From contig JAYWCI010000134.1 of the NCBI GenBank assembly GCA_043780895.1, positions 3,875-67,874 on the forward strand: a DNA stretch of 64,000 nt, in the 5' to 3' direction. Below are positions 1 through 8,272 of this stretch, piece by piece. How positions within the stretch are numbered: position 1 is the stretch's first letter; each line of letters starts with the position of its first letter. Position numbers and translations under genes: made by a program. The notes below the pieces were generated by a model. The model was not told where the DNA came from. It searched no databases and worked only from the letters and a program-made list of their open reading frames with translations. This stretch comes from Kofleriaceae bacterium (lineage in GTDB: Bacteria; Myxococcota_A; Polyangia; Haliangiales; Haliangiaceae).

Positions 1-1152
1 ATGAGCTTCGATGCGCTCCCCGACGAGCATCGCGATCTCCGGCTCGATTTCGTGGGACTTCTCGGCTTCGAAGATCCAGTAAGGCCAACCGTCCGCGGTG
101 CGATCGGCGAGTGTCAGGCTGCGGGGGTGCGCGTCGTCATGATCACCGGTGACTATCCCGCAACCGCGCAGAGCATTGCGCGGCAGGCCGGAATTGCTCG
201 CTGCGACGCGGTCATCACCGGGGCCGATCTCGCGCGAATGTCCGAGCACCAGCTCGCACAGCGAATCTCGAACGTCGACATTTTCGCCCGTGTCGCCCCA
301 CAGCAGAAGCTGCAGATCGTCAATGCGTTCAAGGCGAACGCCGAGATCGTCGCGATGACTGGCGACGGCGTTAACGACGCCCCGGCGCTCGAGGCCGCGC
401 ATATCGGAATCGCCATGGGAGGACGCGGGACGGACGTCGCGCGTGAGGCCGCATCTCTCGTCTTGATGGACGATAACTTCACATCGATCGTTGCGGCCAT
501 TCGCCGTGGCCGGACCATCTTCGACAACATCAAGAAGGCGATCGTATTCATTATCGCGGTTCACGTGCCGATCGCTGGCTTGTCGATCTTACCGGTGTTC
601 TTCCCCGGCTGGCCGCTGCTCCTCTTGCCCGTTCACATCGTATTCCTCGAGCTCGTGATCGATCCCTCCTGCTCGCTCATCTTCGAAGCCGAGCACGCCG
701 AGACGGATGTCATGACGCGGCCGCCGCGAAGACGTGACGAGCGCTTGTTCTCGGCAGCGACACTTCGCATCGCGCTCCTCCAGGGCCTCAGTGTTCTCGG
801 TGTGTGTCTCGGCGTCTTCTTGCTCGCGTGGCGAGGCCATACGAGCGATGCCGAAGCGCGCGCCTTGACCTTCGCGGCGCTGGTCGTTGCGATTCTCGCG
901 GTCATCCTGATCAACCGATCGTGGACGCGCTCCGCGCTCTCGATGCTCCGCGTTCCGAATACTGCGCTTCGGTGGATCTTGCTCGGCGCATCTACCTTTT
1001 TAGCGCTAGCGCTCGCGGTGCCGTTCGTTCAGCGCATGTTTCACTTCGCACCCGTCCACCTCGTCGGGACGATACTCAGCATCGGGGCCGGCATCGTCTG
1101 CGTCCTCTGGTTCGAGCTCGTAAAATACCGGAGGCGTCGTTCGGCTGGATAA
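1..1152 (+). CDS. P-type cation-transporting ATPase, C-terminal part (5' end outside window)
   Basis: The ORF is open from base 1. It has the hinge motif MTGDGVNDAPAL, GTDVAREAA, and several C-terminal hydrophobic helices typical of P-type ATPases. Confidence 0.85.
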   Translation: MSFDALPDEHRDLRLDFVGLLGFEDPVRPTVRGAIGECQAAGVRVVMITGDYPATAQSIARQAGIARCDAVITGADLARMSEHQLAQRISNVDIFARVAPQQKLQIVNAFKANAEIVAMTGDGVNDAPALEAAHIGIAMGGRGTDVAREAASLVLMDDNFTSIVAAIRRGRTIFDNIKKAIVFIIAVHVPIAGLSILPVFFPGWPLLLLPVHIVFLELVIDPSCSLIFEAEHAETDVMTRPPRRRDERLFSAATLRIALLQGLSVLGVCLGVFLLAWRGHTSDAEARALTFAALVVAILAVILINRSWTRSALSMLRVPNTALRWILLGASTFLALALAVPFVQRMFHFAPVHLVGTILSIGAGIVCVLWFELVKYRRRRSAG

Positions 1153-1611
1153 TGGGCTGTCGGCGCATGGCACGTTCGCGCTAGCCTCTTGCTTCCCACG
1201 TGACGCGCCTTCGTGTTTGTGAGGCACTAATGGCTCGCTATTCAATGTCTGGGCCCGTTCGTACCCTCGGGCTCGCGCGAGTTCCCGCCCGCGGACAGCT
1301 TCTCACCGCGCTCGTAGTGGCGCTTCGCCGATCGCGTGGCGAGGTCGTCGCGTCGTCCGGACCGACGTGACCGGAGCACGCGCTCATCGCTGTAAATGTT
1401 GGCAGCGACACGAGCGGGCGGCGTGATCGGTACTGAGACGCCTCGGGGAACTGGTGGCGTTCCTGAGCAGCAGAGCCGAGCTGATGAGATTTGTTCTGTC
1501 GGTAATCCTCTCTCTGATGACAGCCGGGTGCACACGGTCGATTGCAATCGCCGCTCCGGCTAAACATCTCGTGGGCTTAGCGCAGGCACATCTGTTGCTC
1601 GAACACACTTC

Positions 1612-3210
1612 GTGCGCATCGCCTTGTTGTCATGTTTCGTGTTCGCCTGTGGCCATCCCGCGAATTTGACGACCGACGCGGGGGCCGACGGCGACGCGAG
1701 CGTGACGGACGATGGCACCGACGGCGCGGGCGGGCCTGCGTATCCGACGCGCACCGCGTACCGGATCAAGGGACTCCAGCCGGACTTCTGGGATGCCCAG
1801 GATGTCGCGGGCAACAACACGGGTGGGGTCTCTATGAACCTCGTGTGGGCGGACTGGGAGCCGGAAACAAATCTGCCGCCGTGCGCTGCCACGCATGAGG
1901 AGTACGACGGTCATTGCTTCGAGGTCGCCGCCAACATCGATGCCGCGATCACGGACTGGACCGCGCGCGGCATCGTCGTGACGGCGGTCGTCTACGGTGT
2001 GCCTGCGTGGGCTCGGACCACGCGCCCGTGCACGCCGGTCTCCGCCGGCTTCGAGGTCTTTTGCGCGCCCGATCACGGCGCGGACTACGGCCGGTTCGCC
2101 GGCATGCTCGCGCGTCGCTACGATGGCAGCCACGGCCACGGTCGGATCGCCGACTTCGTCGTCCACAACGAGGTCAACTCGAACGACTGGTTCGACATCG
2201 GCTGCGGTCAGGGCACCCCGTGCTCGGTGAGCTCCTGGATCAGCATCTATGCCGACAGCTACAACGCCGCCTACGATGCCGTGAAGACCGAAGTCGCCTC
2301 CGACAAGGTGCTGGTCTCGCTCGATCATCACTTCGCCGCGAGCCTCGACGCGCCCGCGGCCGCGAACCCGGTGGTCTCGGTCCAAACGTTCCTGACCGGC
2401 TTCGCCACCCGCGTCGGCGATCGTGCGTGGCGCGTCGCGTATCACCCGTATGCGACGGATCTGCTCGCGCCGACGTTCTCGCCCGATGATCTTCCGTACG
2501 TCACGTACGGCAACATCGGCGTGCTCGCCGGTTGGCTGCGCGAGACGTTCCCGGGCAAGCCTTCGACCTGGGAGCTCCAGCTCACCGAGAGCGGGATCAA
2601 CTCGCTCACGCGATCGTCCGAAGCGGCGCAGGCGGATCGCGTGTGTGACACGCTGCGAAACGTCCTCGGAACTCCAGGGATCGAGAACTACATCTACCAC
2701 CGTATGCGCGACAACCCGGTCGAGACCAAGGATGGGCTCGGCCTCGGTCTGCGTCGCGACGACGGCAGCGCGAAGCCCGCCTGGGCGCGTTGGGCGCTCT
2801 CGAATCGCATCGATCTGACACCGCCGCAGCTCTCGTGCGGCTTCGAAGATCTGCCGTACGTCCGGCTCACGCGATCGAACAACAACGCACGCGGCCACTG
2901 GGCGTCGACTCGCCTCGCCCCGCCCGACTTCGTCGCCGAGCAATCGTTTCGCTTGCTGCACGACGCGGCCTCTGGCACCCGCTTGCTCTACGAGTGCGCG
3001 GTCGGCACGCACGACATCGTCACGACCGATGTCGGCTGCGAGGGCCAGCAACCACTCGGGCCCGTCGGTTACATCTGGACGGCGGCCGGCACCGGGCGTG
3101 TTCCCCTGTATCGCTGCCGGATCGGCACGGGTACCGATCACTTCATCTCGACCGCCCCGGACTGCGAAGGCGCGACGGTCGACGCGACGCTCGGCTACGT
3201 GCTGCCGTAA
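1612..3210 (+). CDS. Secreted protein or lipoprotein, clan GH-A-like (beta/alpha)8 hydrolase with a duplicated C-terminal Cys module
   Basis: GTG start with an N-terminal hydrophobic segment ending in FAC-G. HNEVNS and LTESG motifs are spaced like the acid/base and nucleophile Glu of GH-A hydrolases. The C-terminus repeats LY.C..G..D...CEG...GY twice. Confidence 0.55.
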   Translation: MRIALLSCFVFACGHPANLTTDAGADGDASVTDDGTDGAGGPAYPTRTAYRIKGLQPDFWDAQDVAGNNTGGVSMNLVWADWEPETNLPPCAATHEEYDGHCFEVAANIDAAITDWTARGIVVTAVVYGVPAWARTTRPCTPVSAGFEVFCAPDHGADYGRFAGMLARRYDGSHGHGRIADFVVHNEVNSNDWFDIGCGQGTPCSVSSWISIYADSYNAAYDAVKTEVASDKVLVSLDHHFAASLDAPAAANPVVSVQTFLTGFATRVGDRAWRVAYHPYATDLLAPTFSPDDLPYVTYGNIGVLAGWLRETFPGKPSTWELQLTESGINSLTRSSEAAQADRVCDTLRNVLGTPGIENYIYHRMRDNPVETKDGLGLGLRRDDGSAKPAWARWALSNRIDLTPPQLSCGFEDLPYVRLTRSNNNARGHWASTRLAPPDFVAEQSFRLLHDAASGTRLLYECAVGTHDIVTTDVGCEGQQPLGPVGYIWTAAGTGRVPLYRCRIGTGTDHFISTAPDCEGATVDATLGYVLP

Positions 3211-3240
3211 CGCTCGTCCTTACCACTGTCCTCGGCGTCG

Positions 3241-3512
3241 CTGGATTTTCGGCTTCACCGTCGAGGTGGCGATCGGGATTACCTGCGAGTGTGCGATCGA
3301 GTGCGTGGGCGCGCGCTAGATCGATTGATCGCGAGCTCGTCGAGACGCGTGGCGAGGTGCCTTCGGGCCATAACCCTTCGCAGGTCTCGCCGAGAAAACG
3401 CGCGTGAAACGCTGCGAGCCACGCGAGGCATGCTTCGAGCCCATGCGTGGCAGGTGGATCACGGCGCTCGGCATCGAGATCCTCGAGCACGAACCACCAC
3501 GAAACGCAGTCC
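3241..3512 (-). pseudogene. Decayed relic of an APH/ecdysteroid-kinase-like phosphotransferase gene
   Basis: The minus strand reads WWFVLEDLDAE..LEACLAWLAAFHARFLGETCEGLWPEGT, then shifts frame to HLATRLDELA, then shifts back to ALDRTL....HLDGEAEN (an HGDAK.AN-like motif). There are at least two frameshifts. No intact N- or C-terminus remains, and the relic runs into the convergent gene end at 3210. Confidence 0.4.
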
Positions 3513-3667
3513 CGCGAAAGGACAGCAGACTCCGCGCGGAGAGTTTGCGATCGCGGTGCTCAAACTCTACTCGTTCGATGACGAGCCGTCGGTGTGGCGC
3601 GAGCTCAAGACCGATACGGGACCAAGGAACGTTGCGGTCCGAATTTTACTATTGACTCCGAGTTCTA

Positions 3668-3692
3668 TTGGTCATACCAACTGGTCAGACCA
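3668..3692 (+). promoter_or_regulatory. Two adjacent FadR/GntR-type inverted repeats (candidate autoregulatory operators)
   Basis: TTGGTCATACCAA (3668-3680) and CTGGTCAGACCA (3681-3692) both contain TGGTC-N-(T/G)ACCA. The second resembles the E. coli FadR half-site arrangement CTGGTCNGACC. They abut the ATG of the GntR-family gene. Confidence 0.5.
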
Positions 3693-4471
3693 TGATGACC
3701 GCATCGATTCCCCGCTCGTCCGGCGCGGCGGACCCCGATCTCGACGCCGTGAATCTGCTCGAGCCACCGACGACGGCGATCGACGCGGTCTACGAGAAGC
3801 TGCTGCAAGCCATCGTCTCGGGCGCATACCCGGCCGGCTCGCGGTTGCCGGCCGAGCGCGAGCTGTCGCGCCAACTAGGTGCCTCGCGCCCTACTCTGCG
3901 CGAAGCGCTGCGCCGGTTGGGTGAGTGGAATCTCGTCGAGCCGCGGCGCGGATCCGGGATCGTGGTGCGGCCGTATCGCGACTGGTCGATCGAGGTCGTC
4001 GCGCCGTACCTGCGCTACGGCAAGCCGGCCGCCGATCAGCCGACGATCCCGCGGATGGTGATCGATCTGTTGTCGATCCGACGCGCGATGGTCGTCGAGG
4101 TCATCAAGCTGACCGTGCATCGCATCCCGAAGGGCGGCACCGCCGGTGCGCGCGCCGCGATGGCGCGCGCGTGGTCGCTGCGCGACTCGACGAAGTACGT
4201 CGGCGAGGACTTCGAAGTGATGCGCCAGATCTCGGAGGCCGCGCGGTTCACCCCCGGCCTGTGGCTGCTCAACCGGATGGCGCGGATGTGGATCGACGCC
4301 GCCGACGAGATCAAGTTCGCGCTCCGGCCGCCGGTGGAATACGTGCCGACCTACACGAAATTTTTCGACCAGATCGAAGCGCAGGATTGCGACGGCGCGA
4401 TCCAGACGATGACCGCGTATCTCGATCGTCACGACGCGGAGCTCTCGAAGCTCCTCCAGGTGCTCGCATGA
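3692..4471 (+). CDS. GntR-family (FadR-subfamily) transcriptional regulator
   Basis: Winged-helix motif LPAERELSRQLGASRPTLREALRRLGEWNLVEPRRGSGIVV followed by an all-helical C-terminal domain. Start set at ATG 3692; the ORF track begins at TTG 3668. Confidence 0.85.
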   Translation: MMTASIPRSSGAADPDLDAVNLLEPPTTAIDAVYEKLLQAIVSGAYPAGSRLPAERELSRQLGASRPTLREALRRLGEWNLVEPRRGSGIVVRPYRDWSIEVVAPYLRYGKPAADQPTIPRMVIDLLSIRRAMVVEVIKLTVHRIPKGGTAGARAAMARAWSLRDSTKYVGEDFEVMRQISEAARFTPGLWLLNRMARMWIDAADEIKFALRPPVEYVPTYTKFFDQIEAQDCDGAIQTMTAYLDRHDAELSKLLQVLA

Positions 4472-4959
4472 CCTATCACCACACCCCGACCACTCGCGCG
4501 GTCCTCGACTCGCTCGTCCCCGTGATCTGCCCGCCCGAGGCGGTGCCGTACCGCGATGCGATCGTCGCCGACATGGCGCTCCAGTTCGCGGTCGTGCCGC
4601 CTATCGTGCAACGCGCGTTCGGCCTCGGGTTCGCGACCTACGATCTCGGCGCGCTGCCGCGCTACTTCAAGCGCGCTCGTGCCCTGCAAGGCGACCAGGC
4701 CGAGGCCTACTTTCACTCCTGGGAAGAAGGCTTCACGCCGCTCCACGTCCAATTCGCGCGCGTCATCAATCAGTTGATGTCGCTGTCCTGCTACGAGCAG
4801 CCCGCCATGATGGAGCGCGTCGGCTATCGCCCCGCGGCGTGGATCGAGAAGGTCACGAAGAAGCGGCTGACCATGTTTGCCGACGACGTTCGCAAGCAAG
4901 ATGCCCAGATCCTGGCGCCCGATCCGCTGCGTCCCGCGGCGAAGAAAGAAGTCGCGTAG
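4468..4959 (+). CDS. Hypothetical protein, possible accessory subunit of the downstream GMC oxidoreductase
   Basis: The ATG overlaps the GntR stop (ATGA). Its stop TAG overlaps the GTG of the next gene by 1 nt. Third-position GC is high. No motif recognised. Confidence 0.6.
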   Translation: MTYHHTPTTRAVLDSLVPVICPPEAVPYRDAIVADMALQFAVVPPIVQRAFGLGFATYDLGALPRYFKRARALQGDQAEAYFHSWEEGFTPLHVQFARVINQLMSLSCYEQPAMMERVGYRPAAWIEKVTKKRLTMFADDVRKQDAQILAPDPLRPAAKKEVA

Positions 4960-6524
4960 TGGCTACCCAGACCCAAAGAGCGCTCCACGAAGGTGGCTCG
5001 CGTCCCTCGAACGTATTCACGCGCCACGACCTCAAGGGCGACACCGTACTCGATTGCGATGTCGTGATCGTCGGCTCGGGCGCGGGTGGCGCGCCTGTCG
5101 CCGCCGAGCTCGCCGAGGCGGGGTACGACGTGATCGTCCTCGAAGAAGGCAGCTACTACCAGACCCGCGACTTCACGGCGAACACGTCACAGATGGTCCG
5201 CCAGCTGTATCGCGATGGCGGCGCTTCGATCGCGATCGGCAATCCGCCGATCATGTTCCAGGAGGGCCGCGCCGTCGGTGGTTCGACGGTGATCAACGGC
5301 GGCATGTCGTGGCGGACGCCGGAGGACATCCTCACGCGCTGGCGCGACGAAGCCGGGCTCGACGACCTCACCACGCACTCGCTCGAGCCGTACTTCGAGC
5401 GCGTCGAGAAGCGGATCCACGTCGCACCGATGGACCACGATGCGATCGGCCGCGACAACTGGCTGCTCAAGAAGGGCGCCGATGCGAAGGGCTGGGAGAC
5501 GATCGGCAACCTGCGCAACCAGGCGCACTGTGTCGGTTCGAACCGCTGCGCGTTCGGCTGCCCGACCGGCGCCAAGCAGAGCGCACTCGTCAGCTACATC
5601 CCGCGCGCGCTGCACTTCGGCGCACGCGTCTACGCCGATGTCTCGGTCCAGCGGATCACGATGCACGGCAAGCGCGCGACCGGCGTGATCGGTAGCGTGC
5701 GTACCGACGACGGCGCGAAGTACGAGCTCGTCGTGCGCGCGAAGCTCGTCGTGTCGTCATGCGGTGCGATCCAGACCCCGGCGCTGCTCGCGCGCTCGGG
5801 GCTGACCTCGCGCTCGGGGATGCTCGGGCAGAACCTGTCGCTCCATCCGAACGTCAAGGTCGTCGCGCTGTTCGACGAGGACGTCAGTGGCTGGCAAGGC
5901 GCGCACCAGGCGTTCCAGGTCCGCGAGTTCGCCGACGAGGGCCTCGGTTGCTTCGCCGCCGTGAACCTGCCCGCCTCGATCGTCGCGATGTCGGTCCCGC
6001 ATCGCGGCAAGCAGCTCGGTCAGTTCATGGACCAGTACAACCAGATGGTCGTCGCGGGCCTGCTCTGCGAGGACACCACCACCGGCCACGTCAAGGTGAT
6101 CAACGGCCGGCCGCAGGCCTTCTACAACCTCGCCGAGCACGACGCGCACAACATGCAGCGTGGGCTCGTCTTGCTCGCGGAGCTGTTGTTCGCGGCAGGC
6201 GCGAAGCGCTTGCTGCTTCCGTTCCATCACGCACAAGAGCTCACGAGCGCCGATGAAGCGCACCGCGTGCTCTCGGCCCCCATCCCGACGAAGGGCTGGG
6301 AGGTCGTGACCGTCCACATGATGGGCACCGCGAAGATGGGGAGCGATCGCACGACCGCGGTGACCGACGGCTACGGGTTCATGCACGATGTCGATCGCTT
6401 GCTGATCTCGGATGCGTCGGTGTTCCCGTCGCCGTGTCGGGTGAACCCGATGGAAACGATCATGGCGCTCGCCACGCGCTCGGCTGGACACATTATCGAC
6501 AACTCTCGGAGGTATCTCGGATGA
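4959..6524 (+). CDS. GMC-family FAD-dependent oxidoreductase
   Basis: N-terminal dinucleotide fold DVVIVGSGAGGAPVAAELAEAGYDVIVLEEG and a C-terminal GMC-type segment HMMGTAKMG...LLISDASVFPS. GTG start at 4959. Confidence 0.85.
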   Translation: MATQTQRALHEGGSRPSNVFTRHDLKGDTVLDCDVVIVGSGAGGAPVAAELAEAGYDVIVLEEGSYYQTRDFTANTSQMVRQLYRDGGASIAIGNPPIMFQEGRAVGGSTVINGGMSWRTPEDILTRWRDEAGLDDLTTHSLEPYFERVEKRIHVAPMDHDAIGRDNWLLKKGADAKGWETIGNLRNQAHCVGSNRCAFGCPTGAKQSALVSYIPRALHFGARVYADVSVQRITMHGKRATGVIGSVRTDDGAKYELVVRAKLVVSSCGAIQTPALLARSGLTSRSGMLGQNLSLHPNVKVVALFDEDVSGWQGAHQAFQVREFADEGLGCFAAVNLPASIVAMSVPHRGKQLGQFMDQYNQMVVAGLLCEDTTTGHVKVINGRPQAFYNLAEHDAHNMQRGLVLLAELLFAAGAKRLLLPFHHAQELTSADEAHRVLSAPIPTKGWEVVTVHMMGTAKMGSDRTTAVTDGYGFMHDVDRLLISDASVFPSPCRVNPMETIMALATRSAGHIIDNSRRYLG

Positions 6525-7126
6525 TCGCGTTTGCTCCACCCACAGAGGCAGCCCGCCCCTCGCCGTTTCCCAGCCCGCTCGCGCTCCGGCTCGAGCAGAT
6601 GCCGATGCGCGAGCTCGAGCACGTGTTCGTGCGCGGCGTCACGCCGGATCTCGATCAGCTCGTCGGCTGGGAGTTCCGCGGCATCAACCATCTGCCGTTG
6701 AATGCGCTGCGCATCGGCGAGCTCGCAGGCATCAAGAAGTTCGTCAAGGGCTTCTATCGCGCCGAGGACGGTCGCGTGATGGGCTATAATATTCCGGTCG
6801 GTCGCAACGCGCTCGACGGTCGCTGGCACTTGAAGCCGAGCGATAGCGAACCGAAGCGCTGGGGCTTCTACGAGGTCGCCGCCGTCGATCCGACTGCGCG
6901 CGACAACGACTATCTCCATGCGGTGCTGCTCGATTACGGCAAGGGTAACAACCCGAAGCTCGACCCGTCGCAGAACCTCCGCGACTACCTCGTCCAGGTC
7001 GACCCGAAGAACCCGGACATGTATCTCGGCAAGGCGTTCTACGCGCTCGGCCCGCTTCGCGTGCCGGCCGGCTTCTTCATCCTCGAGCGCCATCGCGTCG
7101 GGCTGACCGACTACGTCCGCCGCTAA
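6521..7126 (+). CDS. Hypothetical protein, third translationally coupled gene of the GMC operon
   Basis: The ATG overlaps the GMC stop (ATGA). 201 aa with good coding GC3. No recognised motif. Confidence 0.6.
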   Translation: MIAFAPPTEAARPSPFPSPLALRLEQMPMRELEHVFVRGVTPDLDQLVGWEFRGINHLPLNALRIGELAGIKKFVKGFYRAEDGRVMGYNIPVGRNALDGRWHLKPSDSEPKRWGFYEVAAVDPTARDNDYLHAVLLDYGKGNNPKLDPSQNLRDYLVQVDPKNPDMYLGKAFYALGPLRVPAGFFILERHRVGLTDYVRR

Positions 7127-7132
7127 ATCGAG

Positions 7133-7603
7133 CTACTCGAGCGGTTCGATCAACGAGATCGTGAACGCCGACGACGCGGCTTGATCGCGCGCGTGGATCC
7201 ACAGCATCGCATCGGTCACGACGTGAAGCGGCGCGTTCCACTCGAGGTTCGAGAACGTGGTCGGATCGGCCTCGCCGATCGAGACATCCCAGCTGTCCTG
7301 CAGGATCCCGAACGCGGTGTCTTGCAGCACGCTCGCGACCGACGACGCCGAGCCCGTCTGATGATCCGACTCGGTCGCGAAGTGCGCGGCCCGGAGATAC
7401 TGGGTCGCGTCGATGTGGAGGCAGACCGTGACGCCGTTTTGATCGAGCACGAAGGGACCGACCTGCATCGAGGTCGCGGTCGAATCGAGCGTGAGGTCGG
7501 CGATGCAGTTGCGCGACTGCACGACCGGCGCTGGATCCGATTCCGCGTGGTGATCGACAACGCACGCACCCAAAAGTGCGATCGACGCTGCTACGGCCCT
7601 CAT
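7133..7603 (-). CDS. Putative lipoprotein
   Basis: Signal peptide with lipobox MRAVAASIALLGAC. 156 aa. Confidence 0.65.
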   Translation of the reverse strand: MRAVAASIALLGACVVDHHAESDPAPVVQSRNCIADLTLDSTATSMQVGPFVLDQNGVTVCLHIDATQYLRAAHFATESDHQTGSASSVASVLQDTAFGILQDSWDVSIGEADPTTFSNLEWNAPLHVVTDAMLWIHARDQAASSAFTISLIEPLE

Positions 7604-7616
7604 CGGGCGAACGATA

Positions 7617-7787
7617 TCAGTTCGGTGGCGCCAAGCAAACCCCGACCGTCGCCGTCGTCTCGGCGGTCATCGCGCACGCAAACTCGTAGCAGGCGCTCGG
7701 CATGCCGCCGCGGGTCAGCTCGGCGTTCATCGCATCGGGATCCCAGATCAACGAGCAGATGTTGTCGCTCGAGAGCTCGGCGGCCAT
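7617..7787 (-). CDS. Small Cys-rich protein (56 aa), below the ORF-track size cutoff
   Basis: ATG..TGA ORF reading MAAELSSDNICSLIWDPDAMNAELTRGGMPSACYEFACAMTAETTATVGVCLAPPN. About 89% G/C at third codon positions. It fills the gap between two lipoprotein genes, 13 nt from each. Confidence 0.4.
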   Translation of the reverse strand: MAAELSSDNICSLIWDPDAMNAELTRGGMPSACYEFACAMTAETTATVGVCLAPPN

Positions 7788-7800
7788 CGCGCACAGACGC

Positions 7801-8238
7801 CTACGTGCCGGCTTCGATCGCGGCGCCGTCCGGAGCTTTGACCCGCGTGACTTCCTCGCGCGCCATCGGATCGGGCGGATTCGAGGAGTTAGGCAACTTC
7901 AGGATCACGATGTCGGTGTCCTGGATCACGGCGTGGAGCTGGAACTCCGGGCACGCACACCCGGTGATCGCCTTCATGTCGGCGGCCGGTGAGATCGGCT
8001 TGCACTCGCCGGCGACGGTCAAGATCGGGTGGCTGATCTGGCGCCCGGTCTCGTCGGTGATCTGGAGAAACACGCTGGTCTGCGTGCCTTCTGCCTGGAA
8101 GCCCCAGCCGAGCGAGACCTTCTTCGCGTAGAGCGCGGCCGAGCCAGCTCCGTTCCCCGGCGTGGCTGTCTCGGGCTTGCCGCCACCACAGGCTGCACAG
8201 GCCGCGGCCAAACCGAAGATTCTCGCGAGCCGCTTCAT
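7801..8238 (-). CDS. Putative lipoprotein
   Basis: MKRLARIFGLAAACAAC lipobox. Only the last 145 codons of the 419-aa ORF 7801..9060 are taken, because the rest lies antisense to the FHA/sigma-54 regulator. Confidence 0.65.
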   Translation of the reverse strand: MKRLARIFGLAAACAACGGGKPETATPGNGAGSAALYAKKVSLGWGFQAEGTQTSVFLQITDETGRQISHPILTVAGECKPISPAADMKAITGCACPEFQLHAVIQDTDIVILKLPNSSNPPDPMAREEVTRVKAPDGAAIEAGT

Positions 8239-8272
8239 CGCGAAACCGTAGCACCGGCGGTAAGCTAGTTGC

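Noticed and set aside
1168-1184. TGGCACGTTCGCGCT, a sigma-54 -24-like element.
   Set aside because: The GG-to-GC spacing is 9 nt instead of 10, there is no TTGC, and the nearest downstream gene starts about 430 nt away.
1242-1547. Minus-strand ORF whose 3' third (..RRDDLATRSAKRHYERGEKLSAGGNSREPEG) has gene-like GC3.
   Set aside because: I recognised no family. It has no credible start or SD and sits in a gap with mixed composition. It may be a fifth gene relic, but the evidence is insufficient.
1454-1669. ORF beginning with the lipoprotein-like signal MRFVLSVILSLMTAGC in the 459-nt gap upstream of the hydrolase gene.
   Set aside because: Codon usage is AT3-rich and atypical, and the rest of the ORF overlaps the better-supported start of the 1612..3210 gene in another frame. 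It may be a decayed alternative 5' end, but I cannot support a call.
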